64,000 nucleotides of DNA from Escherichia coli. GTDB taxonomy: Bacteria; Pseudomonadota; Gammaproteobacteria; Enterobacterales; Enterobacteriaceae. The stretch lies in NCBI RefSeq assembly GCF_009931435.1, contig NZ_CP043414.1; one strand, given 5' to 3'. Positions 10,603 to 21,800 of this stretch are shown here, piece by piece. The position numbers and the translations under genes were made by a program. The notes under the pieces are model-generated. The model worked only from the letters and a program-made list of their open reading frames with translations. It was not told the DNA's origin and did no database searches. Position 1 is the first letter of the stretch; every line of letters begins with the position of its first letter.

Positions 10603-12022
10603 TCTTTTTCTCCTGCGCCTGATGTTTCTTAAACCAACTACGGAAACTCTCTCCGTCAGCTTCAGGAAGATCGCGTGCTTCCATCCAGTCGCTAATCGCG
10701 CCAAATTTGAGTGGTGTTTTGCCGCCATTGATAAACCAGCTTGCCGCATGAGCACCAGCCATCATCCCGACTTTCCACAATCCTGGATGACTATTGGCAT
10801 AAGCGAACATTTTTATCGCCCGTTGCTCTGCTTTTGCGGTGATCCCTTTTTCAGCCATCACCCGACGATGACGCAAAATCAGTTTTGACAGCGGAATACG
10901 CACCGGACACACGCTGTCACAAGCTGTGCATAAAGAGCAGGCGTAGGGTAAATCTTTAAAATCTTTATAGCCGCCAAGTAACGGGGAAATCACCGCACCA
11001 ATTGGCCCTGGATAAATAGAGCCATATCCATGACCGCCAATATGGCGATATGCCGGACAAGTATTCATACAAGCCCCGCAGCGAATACAGCGCAGCACAT
11101 CCCGAAATTCAGAAGCCAGCACCTCAGAACGCCCGTTATCGACAATAACCAGATGAAACTCTTCAGGACCATCAACGTGCCCCGCTTCGCGCGGTCCTGT
11201 CAGCCAGGTGTTGTATCCCGTCAAACGTGCACCAACGGCACTGCGCGCCAGCATGGTGATCAATACATCTACCTCGGCAAACGTGGGGGCAATACGCTCC
11301 ATTCCCATCACTGCAATATGCGTTTTAGGCAGCGTGGTACACATTCGCGCATTACCTTCATTGGTCACCAGGCATACCGAACCGGTCTCTGCCACCGCGA
11401 AATTACAGCCGGTAATACCTATTTCAGCACTGAGGAAATCTTCGCGGATTTTTTGCCGAATGAATAAGGTCATCGCTTCAGGCGTTTCCGGCCCCTCATA
11501 ACCCAGACGTTCGTGTAGCACTCGACGGATCTGATGGCGATCTTTATGAATTGCCGGGACCACAACATGAGAGGGCGGATCTTGATCCAGCTGGAGAATG
11601 TATTCACCCAGATCGGTTTCAATCACCTGAATACCAGCATCCTGCAACACATGATTGACACCAATCTCTTCGGTCACCATCGATTTAGATTTCACCACCT
11701 TCCGGGCATTTTTGCGTTGGGCGACCTGTAAAATGTAGCGGGTGGCGTCTTCTTTGGTTTTTGCAAAATAGACGTGACCGCCGTTTTGCGTCACTTTTTC
11801 AGAGAGCTGGTACAGATAAGCGTCGAGATTACTCAGAACATGATCACGTATCTGGGCGGCCCGGTCGCGCCACTCCTCCCAGTGCCCTAATTCATCGACC
11901 ATTTTTTGCCGATTTGCCCCAATACGCTGCTGCGCGTTTGCCACCGCTTTGCGCATGATCGGATCTTCAATTTGCTGACGGATGCGTGTCTTAAAATCTG
12001 TATTACTGGTTTTGATCGACAT
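10595..12022 (-). CDS. ykgF: LutB-like iron-sulfur protein YkgF
   Basis: 475-aa ORF with two CxxCxxC-type ferredoxin motifs (CIRCGACMNTCP, CSLCTACDSVCP). Confidence 0.92.
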   Translation of the reverse strand: MSIKTSNTDFKTRIRQQIEDPIMRKAVANAQQRIGANRQKMVDELGHWEEWRDRAAQIRDHVLSNLDAYLYQLSEKVTQNGGHVYFAKTKEDATRYILQVAQRKNARKVVKSKSMVTEEIGVNHVLQDAGIQVIETDLGEYILQLDQDPPSHVVVPAIHKDRHQIRRVLHERLGYEGPETPEAMTLFIRQKIREDFLSAEIGITGCNFAVAETGSVCLVTNEGNARMCTTLPKTHIAVMGMERIAPTFAEVDVLITMLARSAVGARLTGYNTWLTGPREAGHVDGPEEFHLVIVDNGRSEVLASEFRDVLRCIRCGACMNTCPAYRHIGGHGYGSIYPGPIGAVISPLLGGYKDFKDLPYACSLCTACDSVCPVRIPLSKLILRHRRVMAEKGITAKAEQRAIKMFAYANSHPGLWKVGMMAGAHAASWFINGGKTPLKFGAISDWMEARDLPEADGESFRSWFKKHQAQEKKNG

Positions 12023-12032
12023 CTTTATATCC

Positions 12033-12752
12033 TCAGCGGCTCATCAGCACTTCAGCAATATGCATCACTTTGACTTTCTGCCCTTCCCGTTGTAATCGTC
12101 CACTGATGTTCAGCAGGCAACTCACGTCAGCACCAATTAAATACTCAGGGCGGACTTCCATCAGGTGCGCAACCTTTTCTTTCACCATCTCGCCGGATAT
12201 TTCGGCCATTTTGACCGAGAACGTGCCGCCAAATCCGCAGCAGGTATCCTGTTCAGCAAAGGTCAACAGCTCCAGTCCACGCACATTTTTCAGCAGCGTA
12301 AGTGGCTCGTCCTTCACCCCCAGCTTACGGGCCAGGCTACAAGATGGGTGATACACCGCTCTCCCTTGCAAACTGGCACCTACATCGACTACCCCTAATG
12401 TATTAACAATAAAAGAGGTGAGATCCTGCATACGCGCGGCAACCTTTTCGGCACGTGATGCCCATTCAGGCTCATCCGCCAGATACGTTGGGTAACTTTT
12501 TACGGCATAGGTACAGGAGCCAGCCGGTGAAATAATGGGATCGTCGTTATCCTCCAGTGCGGCGATCAGATTTTTCATCCCTGGAATCGCTTCTTTGATA
12601 TAACCACTATTGATCGCAGGCTGACCGCAGCATCCCTGTTTCTCCGGGAAATTTACGCGACAGCCGAGTTTTTCCAGTAGCAGCACGGAGTCTCGTGCCA
12701 TTCTTGATTTCAGGGCGTCACCAATACAGGTGACAAAGAAATTGACATTCAC
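12033..12752 (-). CDS. ykgE: LutA-like Cys-rich protein YkgE
   Basis: 239-aa ORF with CCG-domain-like Cys motifs, first gene of the ykgEFG operon. Confidence 0.92.
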   Translation of the reverse strand: MNVNFFVTCIGDALKSRMARDSVLLLEKLGCRVNFPEKQGCCGQPAINSGYIKEAIPGMKNLIAALEDNDDPIISPAGSCTYAVKSYPTYLADEPEWASRAEKVAARMQDLTSFIVNTLGVVDVGASLQGRAVYHPSCSLARKLGVKDEPLTLLKNVRGLELLTFAEQDTCCGFGGTFSVKMAEISGEMVKEKVAHLMEVRPEYLIGADVSCLLNISGRLQREGQKVKVMHIAEVLMSR

Positions 12753-13269
12753 AACTAATACTCCATTACTTCATGCCCATTTATGCCCGATGCTTCCCCC
12801 CACCTGGGGATCAATCATCAATAAATATGGCGTTCTTTTTTAATTGGCTAGCAACATACCACCCCTCATTTGTATGACAAATGATAATCTTTCATCCAAA
12901 CTTCAAATGCAATAACTAATTTTATTTCTTTCGGCATCGCTCACATTTTATAGGGAAATCGACGATCATTTTTGGCATAAGAAATTCATTTAAAAAGGCC
13001 ACATCCCTTATACCTATTCAGAGCTACTTATTCAGGGGTTGTTGAGATATACAATGATGGTGTACTAACAAAATCACCGGCAATAATCAGGTATCAAGTA
13101 ATAGTCGGCATTTTATTTAATTAAAGCAATTTAGTTTGCGTTTTTATTTACATACTGGGCCTGCATTCTTCAAAAAAACATATAAAACACAGTTGGAAAT
13201 AGAAATAGTTGAAAGGCTCACAACACCCGGAATGCTGATTATCTTTGCTCCGATTCCTGGCGGTTTTAT

Positions 13270-14124
13270 TCAGGGTGCAAGCTGTCTGACTCTTTCCCGA
13301 TATTCTCCCGGGGTACAACCAAACTCGCGGACAAACGCCTTGTGAAAAGATGATTCACTGGCATAGCCTACTGACTCAGCGATCACCACAACAGGGAACG
13401 TTTCCCGGGAAAACATCTGGGCCGCTATTTGTAGACGCAACTTTGTTAATACAGCCAGCGGCGTGGTTCCGGAAACATCACGGAAAAGCTGGGCAAAACT
13501 TGCCCGGGACATGTGGGCGATGCTGGCCAGCGATTCGACGGTCCAGGCGTGTCCTGGCATTTCCAGCATTTGCTGTATTACCGCACCAAGACGTGGATGC
13601 AGAAGCAAACTGAGAATGTTTTTCTCAGTATTAACCTGTGCAATCCACTCACGCACCGCGAGGGTAAAGAATGTAGCGCAGATCTGGCTACACAGTGCAT
13701 CCACTCCCGGCATTGCCGATCTGGACTCCTGTTGTAAAAACGGGATCGCCTCCCTCAGCCAGTTATATTCCACGCTGTGGTTAACCGGTGCTAAAAACAG
13801 CGTTTCCGGCAAAGACGTTAAAAAATAACGCGCCGAATGTTGTAGCCGAAGAGTGCCACAGACAATACAGGTCGATTCATTATCGACATGACTCAGGCGA
13901 TGAGCTGAATTTTGTGGTAGCAGGACCACATTTCCCGGGCGTAATGTAAAAATCTCCCCCGTCGGCATTTCCAGCTTCGCCGCTCCTTGCGTTAACGCAT
14001 GCCAACGAATAACCGATAATTCCCCGGCACCATGTGGAAGCTGCCAGTCACTTCCTAACACGCAATTCTTATCGATCGTTCCTTGTGGAGCGTTAAGCAT
14101 CAACAAACGGCTAAGGGCATCCAT
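13270..14124 (-). CDS. rclR: AraC-family reactive-chlorine regulator RclR
   Basis: 284-aa ORF with C-terminal AraC HTH, divergent from rclABC. Confidence 0.88.
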   Translation of the reverse strand: MDALSRLLMLNAPQGTIDKNCVLGSDWQLPHGAGELSVIRWHALTQGAAKLEMPTGEIFTLRPGNVVLLPQNSAHRLSHVDNESTCIVCGTLRLQHSARYFLTSLPETLFLAPVNHSVEYNWLREAIPFLQQESRSAMPGVDALCSQICATFFTLAVREWIAQVNTEKNILSLLLHPRLGAVIQQMLEMPGHAWTVESLASIAHMSRASFAQLFRDVSGTTPLAVLTKLRLQIAAQMFSRETFPVVVIAESVGYASESSFHKAFVREFGCTPGEYRERVRQLAP

Positions 14125-14349
14125 ATCAGACTCCTGAGTGGTTTTTGATTACAAACACCAACAATCTTAGACAATAATTAATCTAATACCATCAAATGGT
14201 TAATCATGATTTTTGTTTTGTGATTCTGATTAATAAAAAGAAAATACCAGACGATAAGACAAAATATCAAGCGTTGTGAAGAAATGTTATTTGCTCTTTT
14301 GCGTCTATAGTCATGATGTCAAATGAACGCGTTTCGACAGGAAATCATC

Positions 14350-15675
14350 ATGAATAAATATCAGGCAGTTATTATTGGTTTTGGCAAGGCTGGAAAAACA
14401 TTAGCCGTCACGCTGGCAAAAGCAGGTTGGCGTGTGGCTCTCATCGAACAATCAAATGCAATGTATGGCGGGACCTGTATTAATATCGGCTGTATCCCAA
14501 CCAAAACATTGGTTCATGACGCACAGCAGCACACAGATTTTGTCCGTGCCATACAGCGTAAAAATGAAGTGGTTAATTTTTTACGTAATAAGAATTTTCA
14601 TAATCTTGCGGATATGCCCAATATCGACGTGATCGACGGCCAGGCGGAGTTTATCAATAATCATAGCCTGCGTGTTCATCGGCCTGGGGGAAATCTGGAG
14701 ATTCATGGCGAGAAAATTTTTATTAATACCGGTGCACAAGCCGTGGTTCCGCCAATTCCTGGAATTACCACCACGCCTGGTGTATATGACAGCACCGGAT
14801 TACTTAATCTAAAAGAATTGCCTGGGCATTTAGGTATTTTGGGCGGCGGATATATTGGCGTTGAGTTCGCCTCTATGTTCGCTAATTTTGGCAGCAAAGT
14901 AACCATTTTAGAGGCATCTTCGCTGTTTTTGCCTCGGGAAGATCGGGATATTGCTGATAATATCGCGACGATTTTACGCGATCAGGGCGTCGATATAATC
15001 CTCAATGCCCATGTGGAGCGAATCAGTCACCATGAAAATCAAGTGCAAGTGCATAGCGAGCACGCCCAACTGGCGGTGGATGCACTGTTAATAGCTTCCG
15101 GTCGTCAACCGGCTACCGCTTCGTTACATCCAGAAAATGCAGGTATCGCAGTAAACGAGCGCGGGGCAATTGTCGTTGACAAGCAATTACATACCACCGC
15201 AGACAATATTTGGGCGATGGGAGATGTTACCGGCGGGCTGCAATTTACTTACATTTCACTGGATGATTACCGCATTGTACGTGATGAGTTACTGGGTGAA
15301 GGCAAACGTAGTACTGATGATCGGAAAAATGTGCCTTATTCCGTATTTATGACACCGCCCCTGTCCAGGGTTGGTATGACAGAAGAACAAGCCAGAGAGA
15401 GTGGTGCTGATATTCAGGTGGTGACATTGCCTGTAGCTGCAATTCCGCGCGCCAGAGTGATGAACGATACCCGTGGGGTATTAAAAGCGATTGTTGATAA
15501 TAAAACCCAACGTATATTAGGGGCATCACTGCTGTGTGTTGACTCCCACGAGATGATTAATATAGTGAAAATGGTGATGGATGCCGGGCTGCCTTATAGC
15601 ATATTACGCGATCAGATATTTACTCATCCGTCGATGAGCGAATCACTCAATGATCTATTTTCATTAGTCAAATAA
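14350..15675 (+). CDS. rclA: pyridine nucleotide-disulfide oxidoreductase RclA
   Basis: Track ORF 14323..15675; start at MNKYQAVIIGFGKAG gives 441 aa; Rossmann GxGxxG and CINIGC redox-active disulfide motif. Confidence 0.9.
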   Translation: MNKYQAVIIGFGKAGKTLAVTLAKAGWRVALIEQSNAMYGGTCINIGCIPTKTLVHDAQQHTDFVRAIQRKNEVVNFLRNKNFHNLADMPNIDVIDGQAEFINNHSLRVHRPGGNLEIHGEKIFINTGAQAVVPPIPGITTTPGVYDSTGLLNLKELPGHLGILGGGYIGVEFASMFANFGSKVTILEASSLFLPREDRDIADNIATILRDQGVDIILNAHVERISHHENQVQVHSEHAQLAVDALLIASGRQPATASLHPENAGIAVNERGAIVVDKQLHTTADNIWAMGDVTGGLQFTYISLDDYRIVRDELLGEGKRSTDDRKNVPYSVFMTPPLSRVGMTEEQARESGADIQVVTLPVAAIPRARVMNDTRGVLKAIVDNKTQRILGASLLCVDSHEMINIVKMVMDAGLPYSILRDQIFTHPSMSESLNDLFSLVK

Positions 15676-15783
15676 ACTCAAAATCAGACGCCAGGACAAA
15701 TATTCTGGCGTCTCAGAGAAAAGAATCTTATTAATTCCTTGTTATTATATAACTTCTTAATCACTTCATTGATGGTATTTTAT

Positions 15784-16020
15784 ATGTTTAAAAAACCTGT
15801 TTTATTTGCAACACTATTATCTGGCGTTATGGCATTTTCCACCAATGCAGATGATAAAATAATTCTGAAACATATCAGCGTCTCGTCAGTATCAGCATCA
15901 CCGACAGTTCTGGAGGATGCCATTGCTGATATAGCCAGAAAATATAATGCTTCATCCTGGAAAGTCACATCGATGCGAATTGATAATAATTCAACCGCAA
16001 CAGCAGTATTGTATAAATAA
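15784..16020 (+). CDS. rclB: DUF1471 periplasmic protein RclB
   Basis: Track ORF 15739..16020; start at MFKKPVLFATLLSGVMAFSTNA (signal peptide), 78 aa. Confidence 0.8.
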   Translation: MFKKPVLFATLLSGVMAFSTNADDKIILKHISVSSVSASPTVLEDAIADIARKYNASSWKVTSMRIDNNSTATAVLYK

Positions 16021-16031
16021 GGATGTTCACA

Positions 16032-16625
16032 ATGGAAAAATACCTGCACCTGTTAAGTCGGGGAGATAAAATTGGCCTGACATTGATTCGTCTGAGTATT
16101 GCGATTGTTTTTATGTGGATTGGGTTATTAAAGTTTGTCCCTTACGAGGCAGACAGCATTACACCATTCGTCGCAAACAGTCCACTAATGTCGTTCTTTT
16201 ATGAACACCCGGAAGACTATAAACAGTATCTGACTCACGAAGGCGAATACAAACCAGAAGCAAGGGCATGGCAATCGGCCAATAATACCTATGGTTTTTC
16301 CAACGGTCTTGGCGTCGTGGAGGTGATTATTGCTCTGCTGGTTTTGGCTAATCCTGTCAATCGCTGGTTAGGTTTATTGGGAGGGCTGATGGCATTTACC
16401 ACACCGTTGGTAACACTCTCATTTTTAATCACCACCCCGGAGGCATGGGTACCCGCATTGGGTGACGCTCATCATGGTTTCCCTTATTTATCTGGTGCTG
16501 GTCGCCTGGTATTGAAAGATACTCTGATGCTGGCAGGTGCTGTCATGATAATGGCAGATTCGGCGCGGGATATTCTTAAACAACGCAGTAATGAATCCAG
16601 TTCAACGTTAAAAACTGAATATTGA
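16032..16625 (+). CDS. rclC: inner-membrane protein RclC
   Basis: Track ORF 16023..16625; start at MEKYLHLLS gives 197 aa; several hydrophobic segments. Confidence 0.85.
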   Translation: MEKYLHLLSRGDKIGLTLIRLSIAIVFMWIGLLKFVPYEADSITPFVANSPLMSFFYEHPEDYKQYLTHEGEYKPEARAWQSANNTYGFSNGLGVVEVIIALLVLANPVNRWLGLLGGLMAFTTPLVTLSFLITTPEAWVPALGDAHHGFPYLSGAGRLVLKDTLMLAGAVMIMADSARDILKQRSNESSSTLKTEY

Positions 16626-16658
16626 TAATCCGAACACTGTCTGTTGTTCACTTTTTCA

Positions 16659-16696
16659 GGCGTCAGGCTCCCTTTCTGATGATGAAGCCTGACGCC
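16659..16696. terminator. hairpin between convergent rclC and the aldo-keto reductase gene
   Basis: Inverted repeat GGCGTCAGGCT ... AGCCTGACGCC with about a 16-nt loop. Confidence 0.4.
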
Positions 16697-16784
16697 ATAT
16701 TACCGGAGATATGACAGAGTGAAGATCAATATCACTCCCCTGTTAAAAGATTCTTGTCGTCTCAGGTAAAATAAGTGATTAATA

Positions 16785-17669
16785 TCAATCATGTATTTTT
16801 ACAGCAAGACAACCACGAACAAACTCAGGATTAAAATGTTTTACCGATTCCCCAACATAACCCAAATCAAGCGAACTAATTTGCGCCATTTCTTTCTCTG
16901 TCAGTGAGAAATCCCAGATAGCAAAATTTTCTTCGATACGCTGTTGATGTGTCGATTTCGGAATAACGACCACTCCCCGTTGAATATTCCAACGCAGAAT
17001 GACCTGAGAAATCGATTTTTGATGGGCATCTGCAATATTCTGAAGCAGACTATTTTCAAAGGTTTTATGTCTTCCACCGCCTAACGGAGCCCATGCTTCA
17101 GGCTGCACGTTATAATACTTCATGGTTGCCAGCGCCTCTGGTTGGGCAAAATAGGGATGCAACTCGACCTGGTTGACCATCGGTTTAACTCTTACCGTCT
17201 CACAAAAGTTCGCCAGAACATGAGGGTAGAAATTGGAAACCCCAATCGCTTTTAATTTTCCCTCTTCATAGGCATCTTCGAGTGCACGCCACGCACTAAA
17301 ATAATCGCGCATGGCCTGGTGTAATAAATAGAGATCGAAGTATTCCAGTCCCGATTTTTTTAATGATGCTTCAATACCTGCTGCTGCAATATCCTGATTC
17401 AACATATCCTGCACCCACAATTTAGACGTTATAAATAACTCTTCTCGGGTACATAAACCTTCAGATATGGCTTCACGAACGGCTTCACCGACGGCATCTT
17501 CATTACCGTATACCGCTGCAGTGTCGATGAGTCGATAACCCGTGCGGATAGCATTCAACACTGACTGTTTGCACACGTCTTTATCGGTAACCTGAAAAAC
17601 ACCAAATCCCATCATCGGCATTTTCAGATTGTTACTTAATACGGAAAATTCCACTGTCAGTCCCTCCAT
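16785..17669 (-). CDS. aldo-keto reductase (2,5-diketogluconate reductase-like)
   Basis: 294-aa ORF with AKR motifs (MPMMGFGVFQ, LIDTAAVYGNE, IGVSNF, IPKS); a GTG at 17654 with a GGAGGGA RBS may be the true start. Confidence 0.85.
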   Translation of the reverse strand: MEGLTVEFSVLSNNLKMPMMGFGVFQVTDKDVCKQSVLNAIRTGYRLIDTAAVYGNEDAVGEAVREAISEGLCTREELFITSKLWVQDMLNQDIAAAGIEASLKKSGLEYFDLYLLHQAMRDYFSAWRALEDAYEEGKLKAIGVSNFYPHVLANFCETVRVKPMVNQVELHPYFAQPEALATMKYYNVQPEAWAPLGGGRHKTFENSLLQNIADAHQKSISQVILRWNIQRGVVVIPKSTHQQRIEENFAIWDFSLTEKEMAQISSLDLGYVGESVKHFNPEFVRGCLAVKIHD

Positions 17670-17869
17670 TAGGTATGAACAATGAGTCTACGTTAAAACG
17701 TAACCTCAAATTAGTATGTGGATTTTGATATCACTTATGCAAAAAATTCATTAATAATGTAGGACTGAAACCTCTCTATTTTCGGGGACAACGAAGCAGA
17801 CGCTACCAGTGCTTTTGCCTTCGCCCTTGCTGTTTTTGATACACTTAGGGCCCAGGGCATAACGAAAAT

Positions 17870-18760
17870 GTGCGATATGACAAAGAATTAACGGAGAATG
17901 TGATGATCAGGCAGAAGATTCTACAGCAGCTCCTGGAGTGGATTGAGTGCAATCTTGAGCACCCTATTTCAATCGAAGATATCGCACAGAAATCTGGCTA
18001 CAGCAGACGCAACATCCAGCTTCTGTTCCGAAATTTCATGCATGTGCCTTTGGGAGAATACATTCGCAAACGAAGGCTTTGTCGCGCCGCCATTCTTGTC
18101 CGGCTCACCGCGAAATCTATGCTTGATATTGCACTCTCTTTGCATTTTGATTCACAGCAGTCATTCAGCCGCGAATTTAAAAAGTTATTCGGCTGCTCTC
18201 CCCGTGAATACCGCCACCGTGATTATTGGGATCTCGCAAATATCTTCCCTTCTTTTTTAATACGTCAACAGCAAAAGACGGAGTGTAGATTAGTCAACTT
18301 TCCTGAGACGCCTATTTTTGGCAATTCATTTAAATATGATATTGAAGTGTCGAATAAATCACCGGATGAAGAAGTCAAACTGCGACGTCATCATTTAGCC
18401 AGATGTATGAAGAATTTTAAGACGGATATCTATTTCGTCTCCACGTTCGAACCGTCAACAAAATCGGTCGATTTGCTCACAGTTGAAACTTTTGCCGGTA
18501 CGGTATGCAAACAAACCGATTCAGAGATGTCGAAAGAGTGGACAATTAACCGAGGACTGTATGCCTCTTTCCGCTATGAAGGTGAGTGGGAGCACTACCC
18601 TGAATGGGCGCGAAACCTCTATCTGATGGAATTACCTGCCAGGGGGTTAGCCAGAGTGAACGGCAGTGATATTGAGCGATTTTATTACAATGAAGATTTC
18701 GTAGAAAAGGATAGCAATGATGTTGTTTGCGAAATATTTATCCCTGTTCGTCCGGTTTAG
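17870..18760 (+). CDS. AraC-family regulator with GyrI-like effector domain (ykgA-like)
   Basis: 296-aa ORF with N-terminal AraC HTH (SIEDIAQKSGYSRRNIQLLF); probable start at ATG 17903 (MIRQKILQQLL) after a GGAGA RBS. Confidence 0.8.
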   Translation: MRYDKELTENVMIRQKILQQLLEWIECNLEHPISIEDIAQKSGYSRRNIQLLFRNFMHVPLGEYIRKRRLCRAAILVRLTAKSMLDIALSLHFDSQQSFSREFKKLFGCSPREYRHRDYWDLANIFPSFLIRQQQKTECRLVNFPETPIFGNSFKYDIEVSNKSPDEEVKLRRHHLARCMKNFKTDIYFVSTFEPSTKSVDLLTVETFAGTVCKQTDSEMSKEWTINRGLYASFRYEGEWEHYPEWARNLYLMELPARGLARVNGSDIERFYYNEDFVEKDSNDVVCEIFIPVRPV

Positions 18761-18814
18761 TTATCGCTATGTCTAAATGAATTTATAACAAGACTACTGT
18801 CAGGCAATTCAATA

Positions 18815-18847
18815 AATAATGGCGTTGAAGATGTCAACGCCATTATT
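18815..18847. terminator. palindromic bidirectional terminator between convergent genes
   Basis: AATAATGGCGTTGA-AGATG-TCAACGCCATTATT, a perfect 14-bp inverted repeat. Confidence 0.5.
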
Positions 18848-18880
18848 GTTTATTAGAATGTTACTTTCATACTCTTAATA

Positions 18881-21800
18881 TTATTTCATCGCCTCCTCGC
18901 CCGTTGCCGTATTGGCATCCACCGCGGTAATGGTCACCGTCACTGGCTTCATTTCGTACCCGCCATAGGTCAGGGCGTTAAATGTGAACGTATAGACACC
19001 AGGCTTGCTGGTACTAAATGTACGCGTGATTTTTCCGCTCACGAAATGGTCATTTTTCGACGGCAGGAACTGATAATCCTTCTCCGTCACCCCTTCCGGC
19101 GTCTGAATGTCGACCCACATATTCCCGCCAACGGGGTTATTTGCCGACATCAGGGTCACCTCCAGCTTCGCAGTCGATTTCCCATCCGCCACCAGCGAAG
19201 GCACATTAGATGATGCGGTGAGCTGCGCGTTTTTATCATCCGCGACGAATTTAGCTTCGGCGGTTTTCGTTGATACCTGACCGTTGTTCTGACTCACTTG
19301 CGCCGTGAGTGTATATGTCGCCGCAACAGTCGTGGTGGCGGTGAAAATAGCCTGCCCTTGCTCATTCGTTGTCGCAGTGCCATTCGGTTCCAGGTTTAAC
19401 GAAGCCGGGCTGGCGGTCAGCGTCACTTCGCTATCTTTCACCAAATTCTTATTGGCATCAGTCACCGTAACTTTATACGTTTGTTTGGCTTTGCCGTCCG
19501 CCAGTGCATAGTTGCCAATCACCTCAATACTGGAGACGGTTGCGGTAGCCTTATCGGCTACAAACGTTATAGTCTGCGTATTCGAAGGCTGGCTATTCCC
19601 TGCCGATGCCGTGATCTCATACGTTCCGGCAGTCACTGAAACCACCTGCAACTCTGCTTTCCCCTCATCGTTGGCTTTCACCCAGACATTATCGCCAGTA
19701 AGCGGCTTGACACCCCGGGGCAGATTAAATGTCACCAGAGTTCCTGGAACAGGGTTACCGTTTTTATCCTCAACGGTCGCCGTCAGCGTAAAGGCATCTT
19801 TGCCGTTTGCCACTTTTTGAACGGCGGTGTCTACCTGCAGGTTTGCCTGACCGGTGCTGGCATCCGCGTTGAATTTCACCGTGACCGTCTTCTGAGAGTT
19901 TTTCACCGCGGCCGCGATTTCAAGTTCCCCTGCAACGGTTGATATCAACTCAATATCCGCTTTACCTGCCGCATTGGTTGTTACTGTATTCCCCGTCTTG
20001 CTAGTCACACCCTGCGGTAAAGTCAGCGTAACTTCTTGCCCCTGCAACGGGTTACCATAGCTGTCCACGACGGTCAGGGTTACCTGGTTAGCAGACTGTC
20101 CATTTGCCAGTTGGTTATTCACCTTCACCGCCATATCACTGATCACTGCCCGGGAAGCGTCGCCTGCAACATTCAGCACCAATGGCTGAGCAACGGCATT
20201 TTGGCCGTTCACGCGTGGCATGACAGACAACTGACCTGCAGCCGATCCCAGCGTTAAGGTCGCCACGTAGACCCCATTACCTTTCTCTGTCCAGTTACCT
20301 GCTGAAGGACGCTCACTCCCCGTGCTGGCGGCACCGCTAAACACGGGTGCATCGAGTTTCAGGTTACTAACAGGGTTGCCATACGCATCCTTCACGGTGA
20401 AGGTAAGTTCCGTCGTCGTTTTAACCGTTGGAGTCTTATTGTCCGCAACAAGCGTAGAGTTCGCTGATGACATCTCCCCGGCGATGACCGTCAACTGCGC
20501 GGCTTCGGTGGCTGCTGGCTGGCCGTTGAAGAGCGGCATGACACGAAGTTCGCCCGTCTTTCCGCCTGTGGTCAACGTAGCAACATAGGAACCGTCACCT
20601 TTTTCGGTCCAACTGGAAATAGTCGCCCCTTCAGAGGCGGTCCCCGTCAAACTTGCCGACAACGAAAGACCACTGATAGCGTTGCCATGCGCATCTTTCG
20701 CCACCAGCGTCACGGTTGTGCTTTCGCCTGCTTTTACGCGATCTGCGGCTACAGACACTGTCGACTGGCCTGAAGATAACGCATCAGCCACCACGGTTAC
20801 TTTTGCCGCGTTTGCTGCCGCATCCTGTCCATTTAGCTTCGGCATAACTTCTAATTCACCCGCCGTAGAGCCGAGAGTAATCTGCGCAGTCCACGTCCCA
20901 TCACCATTATTTGTCCAGCCAGATGCCGTAGAACCAGCAGCTGCTGCGCCCGATAATGACGGTGCATCCGGATTGAGGCCTGTTACAGGGTTGTCATTGG
21001 CATCTTTTGCCGTCCAGATTGCCGTAAGCGTACCGCCGACCACCGGTTTATCAGGATTCAGGGTGATGGACGAGTGTGCTGCATCAAGCGGCCCGGCAAC
21101 GAACTTCAGCGTTTGTTGTAATGTGCCCAGCTGATACTGCTCGCTGAAGGCACGCACAACAACGTTTCCGGCACGGGTCGAAGAAACCGTGGCGCTGTAA
21201 ACCCCTGGTTTTATTTCCGAAATGGCACCAACGGTTACACCATTAGTGTCTTGCGGAACAAGTCGCAGGCGGCTGGCTTCTCCCGTCACCGGATTACCCT
21301 CGGAGTCCACCGCTGTCAGTGTCAGCGTGTAGGCTTGCTGACCATCAGCAACCACGTCACCTGACGGCTCGTTAGCGCTCAGGGTGGAGTTTGCCACATC
21401 CATCATCGTGGCCCGCAGTTCTGCAGTGACGGTTTTGCTCATGCCATCAACGCTAACAGTAATCGTTGCCTCACCTGACTGCGTTCCGGTCGTAAAGACA
21501 GACTGGTACACCCCTGCTTCAGTTTCGGTGAACTCACCCAGTGTGGGTTTTGCCTGTGATTTAGTGGCCTTCAGGGTACGAGTCACAATATTTCCAGCCG
21601 GTTTGAAGGATAGTTCAGTCTTGATCTGATCTTTCATGCCCTTGACTGGCTGGCCCTCTGCGTCGCGCAGAGACAGCACCAGCGGCTTTTGCTCATTACC
21701 GTTAGCAAGCATTTGAATACGGCTCTGACCGTCAAGCGTTAACGCCGTACGATCGGCGCTCATACCAGCTCCGCTAATAACCACTTCTGTCTGCACACGT